DNA of 64,000 nucleotides from Nitrosopumilus sp. (GTDB lineage: Archaea; Thermoproteota; Nitrososphaeria; Nitrososphaerales; Nitrosopumilaceae), in NCBI GenBank assembly GCA_965204345.1, contig OZ241981.1, forward strand, positions 800,001 through 864,000. Direction: 5' to 3'. Under the pieces are notes generated by a model, which was given only the letters and a program-made list of their open reading frames with translations, was not told the DNA's origin and did no database searches. Shown piece by piece: positions 18,753 to 31,967 of the stretch; positions within the stretch are counted from its first letter, which is position 1; each line of letters begins with the position of its first letter. A program made the translations under genes and the position numbers.

Positions 18753-19556
18753 ATGATTACTATCAAGATTGGCGGAAGTGTAGTAGATGATTTGCACCAG
18801 TCTACAATTTCAGATATTAAAAAAATAGCTGAAAGCGAAGGAATCATCATAGTTCACGGAGGGGGAAAAGAAGTCACAAAGGTTTGCAAGCAGCTTGGAA
18901 AGGAGCCAAGATTTGTAACATCCCCAAGCGGCATCAAAAGCAGGTATACAGACAAGGAAACAGCGGAGATATTCACCATGGTAATGTCAGGAAGGATAAA
19001 CAAGACAATTGTTCGAATGCTTCAAAAAAACGGCATTAATGCAATTGGTCTTTCAGGGGTAGATGCCAGAGTAATCAAGGCAGACAGAAAGAAAAAACTG
19101 CTCATAGTCAACGAAAAGGGAAGAAAGCAGGCCATTGATGGAGGGTATACAGGTAAAATTAAAGAGGTAAATTCAAAATTCATCAAATCCCTCTTGGAAC
19201 AGGGTTTTACGCCTGTCATCTCACCAATAGCAATGAGTGAAGAGTCGGAATTTCTCAACATTGATGGGGACAGGGCAGCAGCGTATGTTGCAGGCAGGAC
19301 CGGATGTGATAAGGTATTATTCATCACAAATGTTGATGGGTTGTTGATGGATGAGAAACTTGTGCCAAAACTCACATTGGCAGAAGCAAAAGAAATTCGG
19401 CCAAAAATTGGGCCGGGAATGGAAAAAAAAATTTTGGCATCTACTGAGGCACTAGACATGGGGGTAAGAGAGGCATTGATTGGCAATGGTCAAAGAGAGG
19501 ATCCAATATCATCAGCCATTGCACATGAGAGCTGTACGGTGATTGAACATGAGTGA
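18753..19556 (+). CDS. lysZ: LysW-aminoadipate/glutamate kinase
   Basis: IKIGGS, VHGGG, SRYTD, NIDGDRAA. Confidence 0.92.
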   Translation: MITIKIGGSVVDDLHQSTISDIKKIAESEGIIIVHGGGKEVTKVCKQLGKEPRFVTSPSGIKSRYTDKETAEIFTMVMSGRINKTIVRMLQKNGINAIGLSGVDARVIKADRKKKLLIVNEKGRKQAIDGGYTGKIKEVNSKFIKSLLEQGFTPVISPIAMSEESEFLNIDGDRAAAYVAGRTGCDKVLFITNVDGLLMDEKLVPKLTLAEAKEIRPKIGPGMEKKILASTEALDMGVREALIGNGQREDPISSAIAHESCTVIEHE

Positions 19557-20730
19557 GGATCAGTTTATGGGGAATTTGTATCAGAGATTTCCAGTTACAG
19601 TTGAAAAAGGCAGTGGTGCTCATGTGTGGGATGCAGATGGAAACGAGTACATTGATTGCATGGGAGGATACGGAGTAGCACTAGTCGGTCATAAGAATGA
19701 AAGAGTCAATGATGCAATAAAAAAACAGATTGATAAGATAATTACAGTTCATAGTTCGTTGTACAACAAGACCAGAGAGGAATTTTTAGCAACGTTGATT
19801 GGATTGGCGCCTAAAGGACTCACACAGGTTCATCTAAACAACAGCGGAGCAGAGGCAATTGAGGCTGCAATGAAATTTGCAAGAAAGTTTACAGGTAAAA
19901 CAGGAATGGTTGCAATGAAAGGATCATACCATGGGAAATCATTTGGCGCATTGTCATTGACATTTAACCCAAAGTATAGAAAAGCATTTGCGCCACTTGT
20001 AGAGAAGGTCTCATTTGCATCATATGGGAATATAGAATCACTGCGCTCAGTAATTGATGATGATACAGCATTTGTAATTTTAGAGCCAATACAGGGGGAA
20101 AGCGGAATCATTGTGGCTCCTGAGGGATTTTTACAGGAGGTTAGAAAACTTTGTGATGAGAAAGGGATTGTATTAATCTTTGACGAAATACAAGCTGGCT
20201 TGGGAAGGACGGGACGATTATGGGCCTGTGATCATTGGAATACAGCGCCAGATATCTTATGTCTTGCAAAAGGAATTGCAGGAGGAGTGCCCATGGGAGC
20301 AACACTTGTCAAGCCAGATATTTTAGCCTCAATGAGCAAGGGAGAACACTCATCCACATTTGGGGGAAACCCAATATCATGTGCGGCAGGAACAGCAGCT
20401 CTTAAAGCAATCACAGAGGATGGACTAGTTGAAAATTCAGAAAAAATGGGAAGATTGTTCAGAGACGGATTGGAGGCATTAAAGGAAAAGCATACGATGA
20501 TACGAGAAATTAGAGGCAAGGGACTTATGATAGGAATCGAGATGAAGTTTGAAGTCAAGGATATTCTAATGGCATTAATCAAGAAAAGAGTCCTGATGCT
20601 CTATTCTGGAAGAAATATTCTAAGGATTCTTCCCCCATTAGTAATATCTAAAGAAGATGTAACAAAAGTTTTACATGCTCTTGATTCCATACTAACAGAA
20701 GAGGAGGAAAAACGAAATGTACAAGGATAA
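19543..20730 (+). CDS. lysJ: LysW-semialdehyde aminotransferase (class III PLP)
   Basis: NSGAEAIE, YHGKS, EPIQGE, DEIQAGLGRTG, AKGIAGG, HSSTFGGNP. Confidence 0.92.
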   Translation: MNMSEDQFMGNLYQRFPVTVEKGSGAHVWDADGNEYIDCMGGYGVALVGHKNERVNDAIKKQIDKIITVHSSLYNKTREEFLATLIGLAPKGLTQVHLNNSGAEAIEAAMKFARKFTGKTGMVAMKGSYHGKSFGALSLTFNPKYRKAFAPLVEKVSFASYGNIESLRSVIDDDTAFVILEPIQGESGIIVAPEGFLQEVRKLCDEKGIVLIFDEIQAGLGRTGRLWACDHWNTAPDILCLAKGIAGGVPMGATLVKPDILASMSKGEHSSTFGGNPISCAAGTAALKAITEDGLVENSEKMGRLFRDGLEALKEKHTMIREIRGKGLMIGIEMKFEVKDILMALIKKRVLMLYSGRNILRILPPLVISKEDVTKVLHALDSILTEEEEKRNVQG

Positions 20731-21136
20731 AATTGATGAAAAAATTATCGGATATCTTAGGGAGGATTCAAGAGAATCATTTGTAGACATTGGCAAAAAA
20801 CTGGAACTTTCTGAATCAGCAGTACGAAGGCGTGTAAAAAATCTGGTAGACAGCAAAACCATTAAAAAATTTACTGTGGAATTAGGCGAGGAAAATACTA
20901 CAAGTGCCATAGTCCTAGTTTCAGTGGATTCGGCAACTGACACATCTAGGGTATCACTAAAGCTGGCAAAGCTGGAAGGTGTCAAAACAGTTTATGAGAT
21001 TACAGGACAATACGACATTACAACAATTATGAGCGCAACTAACATTGCAGAAATTAATAACAGTATTGATGCCCTTAGAAAAATTCCGGGGGTAGTAGAT
21101 ACAAACACGGTCATTATTTTAAGAAAAATAGTCTAA
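20717..21136 (+). CDS. lysM: Lrp/AsnC-family regulator (LysM-like)
   Basis: HTH LSESAVRRRVKNL, YEITGQYDI; inside lys/arg cluster. Confidence 0.8.
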   Translation: MYKDKIDEKIIGYLREDSRESFVDIGKKLELSESAVRRRVKNLVDSKTIKKFTVELGEENTTSAIVLVSVDSATDTSRVSLKLAKLEGVKTVYEITGQYDITTIMSATNIAEINNSIDALRKIPGVVDTNTVIILRKIV

Positions 21137-21252
21137 AACGACATTCGTTTCATAATTTTAATTTAAAACTAAGTTAGGATCATTATTCATTACTTTCAAC
21201 GATAATAGTACGAATATGTTTATATCATCAATCCGGATTAACGATTTCAGTA

Positions 21253-22419
21253 ATGAAAGATCCGAATCACTATGCAAATATTTACAATGCATACGACAAA
21301 AACCAAAAAAAAATTAGAATTCTAGATAGCACTCTCAGGGAAGGGGAGCAGCATCCGGGTGTCTCATTTACAAACAAGCAAAGAATTCAGATTGCATGGA
21401 TGTTAGATTATTTTGGGGTAGATCAAATTGAGATTTCACCAGTAGTATCAGATGATCACAGAGAGGCAACCAAGACAATTATCAAGCAAGAATTAAGTGC
21501 AGATATTGTATCCCACGGACGTGCACTCAAAGAAGACATAGACATATCACTTGGCTGTGATGCCAAATGGTGTGCGGCGTATTTGGGAATTTCAGACATA
21601 CATCTAAAAGACAAGCTGCGAATCACAAGGGAAGAGGCACTTGGCAGGGCAGTGGAAACCGTAGAATATGCAAAATCTCACGGTCTTAAAATTAGATTTA
21701 CAGTAGAGGATGGAAGCAGGGCAGAGCCGAAATTTTTGCTAGAGGTTTGTAAAGCAATTGAGGAGGCAGGAGTAGACAGAATCAGCCTTCCAGATACGGT
21801 AGGAATATTACGTCCAATAGGAATGTACAATTTTGTTAAAAAGGTAAGAGAGGTAATAGATACCCCGTTAGACGCACATGTTCACAACGATATTGGCTTT
21901 GCAGTAGCTAATGCGTTCTCTGCATGTGATGCAGGAGTTGATCAGATACATACTACCATTGACGGAATAGGTGAAAGAACGGGAATTCCGCCACTTGCAG
22001 AAGTGGCAGTGGCGCTAACATACCTATACAAATCGCCAAATGACTTTAGATTGGACATGCTGCTAGACTTGTCAAGACTGATTGAGGAATACACGTCAAT
22101 CAGACCATATGACTCAAAACCAATTGTAGGTACAGCAGCATACAAACACAAGGCCGGTACGCACCTTGCAGCCATACTCAAAAATCCGGCAGCCTATGAG
22201 CCAATTCCGCCAAGGACAGTGGGAAACAGAAGAAGGATAGTATTTGGAGAGCTTGCCGGAAAGACAGGTGCGGCGTATTTGATGTCACTGTTAGGATTAG
22301 AAAAAGACGAAGAGGGCGCAAGGGCAGTGGCTGCAGGACTAAAGGGTCTGAGAATGGGAGATCTTATAGAGATCCCCCTAGAGGACAGATTTGAAAAAAA
22401 GATAATTAATGATAAATAA
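21253..22419 (+). CDS. Homocitrate synthase (LeuA family)
   Basis: DSTLREGEQ, LPDTVG, HVHNDIG, GIGERTG, HKAGTH; followed by lysW-lysX-lysK. Confidence 0.85.
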   Translation: MKDPNHYANIYNAYDKNQKKIRILDSTLREGEQHPGVSFTNKQRIQIAWMLDYFGVDQIEISPVVSDDHREATKTIIKQELSADIVSHGRALKEDIDISLGCDAKWCAAYLGISDIHLKDKLRITREEALGRAVETVEYAKSHGLKIRFTVEDGSRAEPKFLLEVCKAIEEAGVDRISLPDTVGILRPIGMYNFVKKVREVIDTPLDAHVHNDIGFAVANAFSACDAGVDQIHTTIDGIGERTGIPPLAEVAVALTYLYKSPNDFRLDMLLDLSRLIEEYTSIRPYDSKPIVGTAAYKHKAGTHLAAILKNPAAYEPIPPRTVGNRRRIVFGELAGKTGAAYLMSLLGLEKDEEGARAVAAGLKGLRMGDLIEIPLEDRFEKKIINDK

Positions 22420-22441
22420 AGAGGGGTAATGAGTAGAAGAT

Positions 22442-22609
22442 ATGTCAAAATGTGAAGAATGTGATGCAGATATCTCAGTGCCAAGTGATGCGCTTGAAGG
22501 AGAAATTGTAACATGTCCGGAATGTGGTGCAAGTTTTGAATTAGCAAAAGGTTCAAACGGTTTCGATCTAAAGCCGGCCCAAACGGTTGGCGAGGATTGG
22601 GGACAGTGA
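22442..22609 (+). CDS. lysW: Amino-group carrier protein LysW, copy 2, ending in Gln (55 aa, not in track)
   Basis: MSKCEECD...CPECGASFE...VGEDWGQ; final codon CAG then TGA overlapping GTG of lysX. Confidence 0.93.
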   Translation: MSKCEECDADISVPSDALEGEIVTCPECGASFELAKGSNGFDLKPAQTVGEDWGQ

Positions 22610-23448
22610 ATCCCAAGGTTACCATTCTTTACGATACCATCCGTTGGGAAGAAAAGGCTCTGTTAGAGGCAGGCAAAAAAAAGGATATTAACATACAGAT
22701 GGTAGATTGTAAGAAACTGGCATTGGATTTGGAAAAAGAGCCAGAAGATTATGGCATAGTTATTCAAAGATGCGTAAGCTACTATAGAAATTTACACTCA
22801 ACTGCTGCCCTTGAAGGGCTGGGTGTAAGAGTAATCAACTGTCTTAATACGGGGGTTTTTGCAGGAAACAAGCTGTTTACACACATGTTGCTAAAAAAAT
22901 TCAATGTCCCCACCCCTGATGCAACGGTGGCATTTTCAAAGGATGCGGCATTGCAGGCATTAGATACGCAGGGTTTTCCCAAAGTAATCAAGCCAACAGT
23001 GGGAAGTTGGGGCAGGTTAATTTCGAAACTAAATGACAGGGATTCTGCTGAGGGAATAATAGAAAGCAGAGAAAACATGTATCCAATCTATCAGGTTCAT
23101 TATTTGGAGGAATTTGTAAAAAGGCCGCCAAGGGACATTAGGGCAATTATGGTAGGAGACAAAATAGTTGCGGCAATCTACAGAATCTCCAAACATTGGA
23201 AAACAAACATGGCATTAGGAGGAACGGCTGAGCCGTGCAAGGTTACTCAAGAGATGGAAGAAATGTGTATCAAGGCAAAAAATGCAGTTCAGGGGGATAT
23301 TGTGGGTGTAGATCTGATGGAGAGTAGCGAAAAAGGCCTGGTCGTACATGAAATAAACAATACGACAGAATACAAAAATACAGTCAGAGTATGCAAAACA
23401 GACATCCCGGCATTAATGCTAGAATATGCGCTAGGCATGGAAAGGTAG
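22606..23448 (+). CDS. lysX: LysW-aminoadipate ligase (LysX-like)
   Basis: IRWEEK, KPTVGSWGRL, RDIRA, EINNTTEYKN (LysX-type N); GTG start. Confidence 0.85.
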   Translation: MNPKVTILYDTIRWEEKALLEAGKKKDINIQMVDCKKLALDLEKEPEDYGIVIQRCVSYYRNLHSTAALEGLGVRVINCLNTGVFAGNKLFTHMLLKKFNVPTPDATVAFSKDAALQALDTQGFPKVIKPTVGSWGRLISKLNDRDSAEGIIESRENMYPIYQVHYLEEFVKRPPRDIRAIMVGDKIVAAIYRISKHWKTNMALGGTAEPCKVTQEMEEMCIKAKNAVQGDIVGVDLMESSEKGLVVHEINNTTEYKNTVRVCKTDIPALMLEYALGMER

Positions 23449-23451
23449 GAA

Positions 23452-24576
23452 TTGGACACTCATTTTACAGTCTCACCAAGGTTTGCAGTAAAGATGTTAG
23501 AGAAGGCACTTAGGCTGTACACCCCATCCCTTAGTGAAAAACCAATGGCCGAATTTCTAGCTGACAAGTGTGATGATTTGGGATTTGAAGACATTCAGAT
23601 TGACGAGGTGGGAAATGTCATTGCAAAAAAGGGTTCAGGCGTGCCAAAAATCATGCTGTGTGGACACATGGACGTTGTTCCAGGCAAAGTCAAGGTAAGA
23701 AAAGAGGGAGACTCACTTTATGGCAGAGGTGCATCTGATGCAAAGGCGCCGCTAATGGCAATGCTGTTTGCAGCAGCATCAATTCAAAATAACAATGGAA
23801 CCGTGATTTTTGTAGGTGCAGTTGACGAGGAAGGAAATGCAACCGGAATTAAGAATCTTGTCAAAAAAGAGATGAATGTAGACTATGCCATTTTTGGAGA
23901 ACCAAGCGGAATTAAAAAAGTAACAATTGCATACAAGGGAAGGCTGGCAATAAATCTCAAAATTAGTGTAGAGAACAGCTCCCATGCAAGTGCGCCATGG
24001 TTATCAAAGAATGCAATTTTAGAATCAATGATATTTGCAAGGGAGCTAAAAGAGAAACTAGAGGCAGATCAGGGCGAAAAAACAAAAGGAATGCTACTGA
24101 CTGCAACAATGACTGAGGTCAGGGGCGGAACAAGCCACAATGTTACGCCAAAGGACTGTGAAACAACATTTGACATCAGGATTCCAGTAGATATGGACTG
24201 CAAATCAATTGAGCAAAAGATTGCCACTCTGGTCAAAGAGATATCCCAAGAGAGAAAGGTTGAGGCGTTTTACTCAATTCTTGATGAAACAGAGCCATTT
24301 GAGGCACCACATAACTCGCCACTGGTCAGGGCATTTACGCTTGGAATCATGGAAACTGAAAACTCAAGACCAACCTTAATTAGAAAAACCGGTACAGGAG
24401 ACATGAATGTTCTAGGCAACCAGTGGGGAATTCCAGTTGTCACATATGGTCCAGGTGACCCACACGAGGCCCACACCATAGATGAAAAGGTCTCAGTTGA
24501 GGAATATCTCAAAGGAATAGAGATTCTCAAAAAAACCCTACAGCATTTAAAAAGACTGCATGACAAAAAAATATAG
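23452..24576 (+). CDS. lysK: LysW-lysine/ornithine hydrolase (M20 family)
   Basis: GHMDVVPG, GRGASDAK, VDEE, GTGDMN, YGPGD..AHT.DE. Confidence 0.9.
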   Translation: MDTHFTVSPRFAVKMLEKALRLYTPSLSEKPMAEFLADKCDDLGFEDIQIDEVGNVIAKKGSGVPKIMLCGHMDVVPGKVKVRKEGDSLYGRGASDAKAPLMAMLFAAASIQNNNGTVIFVGAVDEEGNATGIKNLVKKEMNVDYAIFGEPSGIKKVTIAYKGRLAINLKISVENSSHASAPWLSKNAILESMIFARELKEKLEADQGEKTKGMLLTATMTEVRGGTSHNVTPKDCETTFDIRIPVDMDCKSIEQKIATLVKEISQERKVEAFYSILDETEPFEAPHNSPLVRAFTLGIMETENSRPTLIRKTGTGDMNVLGNQWGIPVVTYGPGDPHEAHTIDEKVSVEEYLKGIEILKKTLQHLKRLHDKKI

Positions 24577-24578
24577 CA

Positions 24579-25616
24579 ATGCTCTGGTTTGTAGGTTTGG
24601 GAATTTCAGGATTCAAATCAATATCTAGCGAAGCACTAGATGTTTTATCAAAGGCAGACATTGTGTATTTGGAACAGTTCACAAGTCCGATTGGAAGATC
24701 AGATTTGAATAAAATCAAAAATGCCACCAGGGGGGAATTTAAGCTCGCCAAGCGATGGCTGGTAGAAGACGGAAGTGAGATTTTAAAAAATGCAAAAAAG
24801 AAAAAAGTGGCACTGCTGGCATATGGTGATCCGTATGTTGCAACAACACATATTGAATTAAGAACAAGGGCAATTGAGGAAAAAATTAGGACACATTCTG
24901 TTCATGCATCATCGTCGCTGACATCAATGATAGGAGAATGCGGTTTGCATTTTTACAAAGTTGGCAGAATTGCAACAATCATGAGCGAGATGAAGTCATT
25001 GACAACGCCATACTATGTAATTTACAAGAATATTATCGAAGGAAATCACACAGTACTTTTATTGGAATATAACCAAGACAAGGATTTTTTCTTGGATCCC
25101 AAGGATGCACTAAAAGGTCTTTTGGAAACAGAAAAGGGACAGACAAGAAACGTGATCAGCCCATCAACGTATGCCATTGTTGCATCAAGGATTGGATTTG
25201 GGGACCAAAAAATTATTTCAGGTAAGATATCTAGTTTAAAAAAAATTAGTTTTGGCAGGCCCCCACACACAGTCATCATACCGGGAAGATTGCATTTTAC
25301 AGAGTCAGACGCGCTGAGGATGCTTGGGGGATGTGTTGATGAGCCGTTTGATAATACCGAGAAAATTGAAAAAATTTCAGTCCAGATGATCAAAAAATAT
25401 GTCCCAATGGTAAGGGAGGCATTAGAGGAAGTAGAGTCATTGTACAAAAACCAGAGCGAATTTCAAGGAATTTTAGAAAATGCAGAGCTGTATGTAAGGG
25501 ATGCTGAAAAATTTCTCGAAGATGGGCAAGATGAGGTGGCAATCTTGAGCATAGGTTATGCAGACGGGCTTGTAGACGCACTAAGATTGGCAAAAGGCCT
25601 TGATCCAAAAATGTAA
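24579..25616 (+). CDS. dph5: Diphthine synthase with C-terminal DUF357-like domain
   Basis: LWFVGLG, LEQFTS, GDPYVATTH, GLHFYKVG; tail Y..DA..F...YADGLVDAL. Confidence 0.9.
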   Translation: MLWFVGLGISGFKSISSEALDVLSKADIVYLEQFTSPIGRSDLNKIKNATRGEFKLAKRWLVEDGSEILKNAKKKKVALLAYGDPYVATTHIELRTRAIEEKIRTHSVHASSSLTSMIGECGLHFYKVGRIATIMSEMKSLTTPYYVIYKNIIEGNHTVLLLEYNQDKDFFLDPKDALKGLLETEKGQTRNVISPSTYAIVASRIGFGDQKIISGKISSLKKISFGRPPHTVIIPGRLHFTESDALRMLGGCVDEPFDNTEKIEKISVQMIKKYVPMVREALEEVESLYKNQSEFQGILENAELYVRDAEKFLEDGQDEVAILSIGYADGLVDALRLAKGLDPKM

Positions 25617-25660
25617 TTCTTAGCGATGAATTAAAGAGGGGTCAAAAATAGGAAAAAACA

Positions 25661-26278
25661 GTGGAACAAAATCAAAAAGCCATACTATCTGCCATGTATG
25701 TTTCCCAAATTAACAAGAAGAATGCAGTTGAATTGATCAAAGAGAAGAGTATGCTTTCAGAGGATGCGATTAATTCAGGGATTGATGAATTGGTCAAGAA
25801 TCAACTGGTAAGCAAAAATAGGAATACTCTTACAGAGAGAGGCAGGGATTCATTACGCATAGTGCTAGCAGGCGGTGTCTTTGACATTATTCATCCCGGA
25901 CACATTCACACACTAAATACCGCAAAAGAATTGGGGGATGTGCTAGTTGTAGTAGTGGCCACAGACAATACAGTAATTAAAATGAAAAAAAGGCAGCCGC
26001 TTCATACTCAGATACAAAGGCAAGAGCTGGTAAATTCATTGTCAATGGTTGATCTTTGCCTGATCGGACAGGAAGGAGACATGTTCAAGACAGTCAGCTA
26101 TGTAAAACCGCAAGTTATTGCACTAGGTTATGATCAAGTCCATCAAGAAAAATTCATTACGGAGGGATGCAAGAAAATAAAACTTGATGCAAAGGTTGCA
26201 AGATTGCAATCCCCAATTCCTGAAAGTTCCAGCTCTAAAATTCAAAAAGAATACGGGGAATCCATTCACGGAATCTAG
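25661..26278 (+). CDS. ribL: FAD synthase (cytidylyltransferase fold) with N-terminal wHTH-like segment
   Basis: GGVFDIIHPGH, IALGYDQ, SSSKI; adjacent to riboflavin kinase. Confidence 0.8.
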   Translation: MEQNQKAILSAMYVSQINKKNAVELIKEKSMLSEDAINSGIDELVKNQLVSKNRNTLTERGRDSLRIVLAGGVFDIIHPGHIHTLNTAKELGDVLVVVVATDNTVIKMKKRQPLHTQIQRQELVNSLSMVDLCLIGQEGDMFKTVSYVKPQVIALGYDQVHQEKFITEGCKKIKLDAKVARLQSPIPESSSSKIQKEYGESIHGI

Positions 26279-26967
26279 GAATTTATCGGAATGTTGATTG
26301 AGACCTTTGAGCCATCTTTTAGCTTGGCAGTCTTTCGCAGACAGGACTTTGAGATTAACTCGATTATGGAGTCATCATGATGGGTGCGCTCTAGTATGAT
26401 CAGTTCACAGTTTATAGAATTCTCAAGTTTTGCCTTGAAACATTTTACCCAGCCATATGTTCTCCTACCATCAGAAAAACTCTTAATTTTAACACCATCC
26501 AAGGTTTCAAACTGTTTAACTGCCTCTTGATGAACTCGCTGATCCAACCTGACATTAAGGGTGCCTGGAAATGGAACATATCCAATCTTGGACTGGAATT
26601 GCCTTGTGTACCCAGGCAAGCCCATATAGTATGCACCCTCGCCCATTCCGGAAACTAGTGTGCCCTTTAGCTCAACATTAGAAGAGGAAGAGGAGGAGGA
26701 ATTAAGACTTTTTTGTAAGATTGCAGAGAGTTTGACCATCTCAGAAAAACCCTTTGCTGTGATCTTAACTGAGATATTTCGCCCGTTGATTATCCTTTCG
26801 ATGAATTGGTTCTGTTCTAATTCAAGCAGGTGCTTTGATGCTGCCTGCTGAGATTTTTTTATATTTTTGCCAAGGGATGTAGTAGTCACAGAAACATAGT
26901 TGTATCTAGCACCTTTGCACAGCAGATAAGAGAGGGTTAGGAGATGTTGAATTTTTAATTCAGTCAT
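26275..26967 (-). CDS. ribK: CTP-dependent riboflavin kinase with N-terminal HTH
   Basis: SQQAASKHL HTH; VSGMGEG, PFPGTLN, ERTHH. Confidence 0.92.
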   Translation of the reverse strand: MTELKIQHLLTLSYLLCKGARYNYVSVTTTSLGKNIKKSQQAASKHLLELEQNQFIERIINGRNISVKITAKGFSEMVKLSAILQKSLNSSSSSSSNVELKGTLVSGMGEGAYYMGLPGYTRQFQSKIGYVPFPGTLNVRLDQRVHQEAVKQFETLDGVKIKSFSDGRRTYGWVKCFKAKLENSINCELIILERTHHDDSIIELISKSCLRKTAKLKDGSKVSINIPINS

Positions 26968-26974
26968 AGATACA

Positions 26975-28117
26975 TTAGGATATGCCCAAATCGCCGAATG
27001 TCTTCAGGGTCATTCCATCAGAGTTTGATAGTTTGGCCACTCTATGTCCAATGACGCATTCAACACCAGCGTTTTTAGCACCCCCTAAGAGTCTCTGGGT
27101 GATAATTCCATCTAAGAGCAAATATTTGATTCCAGACTGTGTTGAGAGTTTGCTGACAACCTCACTGATTGGAACCTTGAAAACTTCGTTTTGATCACCG
27201 TCTAATGCAACTGCTTCAAGTGTCTCATTTAGGTTTGGAAAAACTTTGGCTGCCATCTCTGCAATGGGTTTGTCATCTGCACTTTTGAGTTCAGGTGCAG
27301 GTTTTCCGTTTTTAATTTCATCTGCAATAGGTCGTAGAATTTCATCCAATCTTTGTGGAGTCAGCTCTTCAACTTCAACACCAGTATCTGCCTGTATTTC
27401 ATAGTCTAATGTAACAATGGATCTGAGTTCTTTGAGAATAAATCCGCCGGCTCTGTCACCGTCAAGAAAAGCAACTACAACATCTTTGGAATTGCACAGC
27501 TCCTTGATGGATTCGTCAATTCTTGCACCCTCTATTGCAAGTACATTGTCAAATCCAGCTCTTAAGAGATTGATAACATCTGCCCTTCCCTCAACGAGAA
27601 TAACCCAGTTAGAATCAAAGACGCCGGAACTACAGGTTAGTTTTGATTCACCATACGTGGATAACTTTCCCATATCACCCTGATGGACATCATTTAGCAT
27701 GCTTTCTCCTTCACTTACAGTTTTAGTTGCCCATTTTTGCTTGATTTCTTTTGCACGTTTTACAATATCATCTTTCTTTGCAGCACGTACATCATCAATA
27801 GCTACTAGCTTGAACGTACAGTCAAATGGACCAACCTTGTCAATGCTTTCAATACCTGCTGCAATTAATGCACAGGTATCAATATCAGTACTCATCGGAA
27901 TTAAGGCATCACCACTAGTTGTGTTTGATGTAGATTTTGCATTGACCTCAATGCGGCCTACCTTAGAAACTCGCTGCAGTTCATTCAGATTCATCTCAGG
28001 GCCTAACAATCCTTCTGTTTGACCAAAGATGGCGCCGATTATATCTGCTCTTTCAACGAGTCCATCAACTTCATAGGAAAGCTTAACGTGATATTTGACA
28101 ATTCCTGATTGAGGCAT
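26975..28117 (-). CDS. dnaG: Archaeal DnaG (TOPRIM)
   Basis: IIGAIFGQTEGLLG, VEGRADV, DGDRAG. Confidence 0.94.
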   Translation of the reverse strand: MPQSGIVKYHVKLSYEVDGLVERADIIGAIFGQTEGLLGPEMNLNELQRVSKVGRIEVNAKSTSNTTSGDALIPMSTDIDTCALIAAGIESIDKVGPFDCTFKLVAIDDVRAAKKDDIVKRAKEIKQKWATKTVSEGESMLNDVHQGDMGKLSTYGESKLTCSSGVFDSNWVILVEGRADVINLLRAGFDNVLAIEGARIDESIKELCNSKDVVVAFLDGDRAGGFILKELRSIVTLDYEIQADTGVEVEELTPQRLDEILRPIADEIKNGKPAPELKSADDKPIAEMAAKVFPNLNETLEAVALDGDQNEVFKVPISEVVSKLSTQSGIKYLLLDGIITQRLLGGAKNAGVECVIGHRVAKLSNSDGMTLKTFGDLGIS

Positions 28118-28271
28118 AAACTATTCATCTCCCTTATTATCATAATGTGGATTCCTACCTGCGATATATGAGGGTATCGCAAAAAAAGGTCTCAAAAATA
28201 CAAAATTTTTCAAAAAATGCCACCTACAGCAAGCGCTAGGGTAAATCTAAAAATGAAAAATAATTTGTTGC

Positions 28272-28622
28272 TTATTCAGTGCTAAAAGAGTGACCACATG
28301 AACAGGATTTTGTGACATTTGGATTGTTAATTTTGAATCCAGATCCCATTAGGCTTTCAATATAGTCTACGTTTGCACCTTGCAAGTGATCAACGCTGTA
28401 GCTGTCAACTAGAAGTTTGACTCCATTTTCTTCTAATACAATGTCATCTTCTTCTGGCGCCTTTTCAAATCCCATTCCATAAGACAAGCCAGAACAACCG
28501 CCACCTTGAACGTATACTCTGAGGTATTCGGGGGATTCTGCTTCTTCTTTCATGAACTCATGAATTTTTTCAGCTGCTTTTGCGGTAACTGTGATCATTT
28601 TTTGTGTTTGCTCAGTTGCCAT
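28272..28622 (-). CDS. A-type Fe-S carrier (HesB/IscA/ErpA family)
   Basis: GGGCSGLSY, NPNVTKSCSCGHSF; ATG at 28622. Confidence 0.92.
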   Translation of the reverse strand: MATEQTQKMITVTAKAAEKIHEFMKEEAESPEYLRVYVQGGGCSGLSYGMGFEKAPEEDDIVLEENGVKLLVDSYSVDHLQGANVDYIESLMGSGFKINNPNVTKSCSCGHSFSTE

Positions 28623-28750
28623 TATGAATAAAAATGATGATTTAAAATATAATAATCTTTTGCCACGTGACATACTAGGAATTAAAAGACATGCGTGCCT
28701 TTTTGACTCTAATAATATTAATAATAAAATAAGAAGGAAAATGGAAATAG

Positions 28751-31801
<3,051 letters not shown>

Positions 31802-31967
31802 TTATCCACTACTAGACCTTTCAGGAGATATGAACAGCAACTCAGCTGTAATTATTTATCAGTAATTTCTGATGCACATTTGGTGTTTAATGCCTTAAAA
31901 AGATGTGCTAGCATAAACAGCAAGCATGTCAATAATTTTTTTTGCAATGTCATGTCTTGCAATCTGC

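Noticed and set aside
21190-21235. LysM operator upstream of homocitrate synthase
   Set aside because: Only a partial GTACGA half-site; no convincing palindrome.
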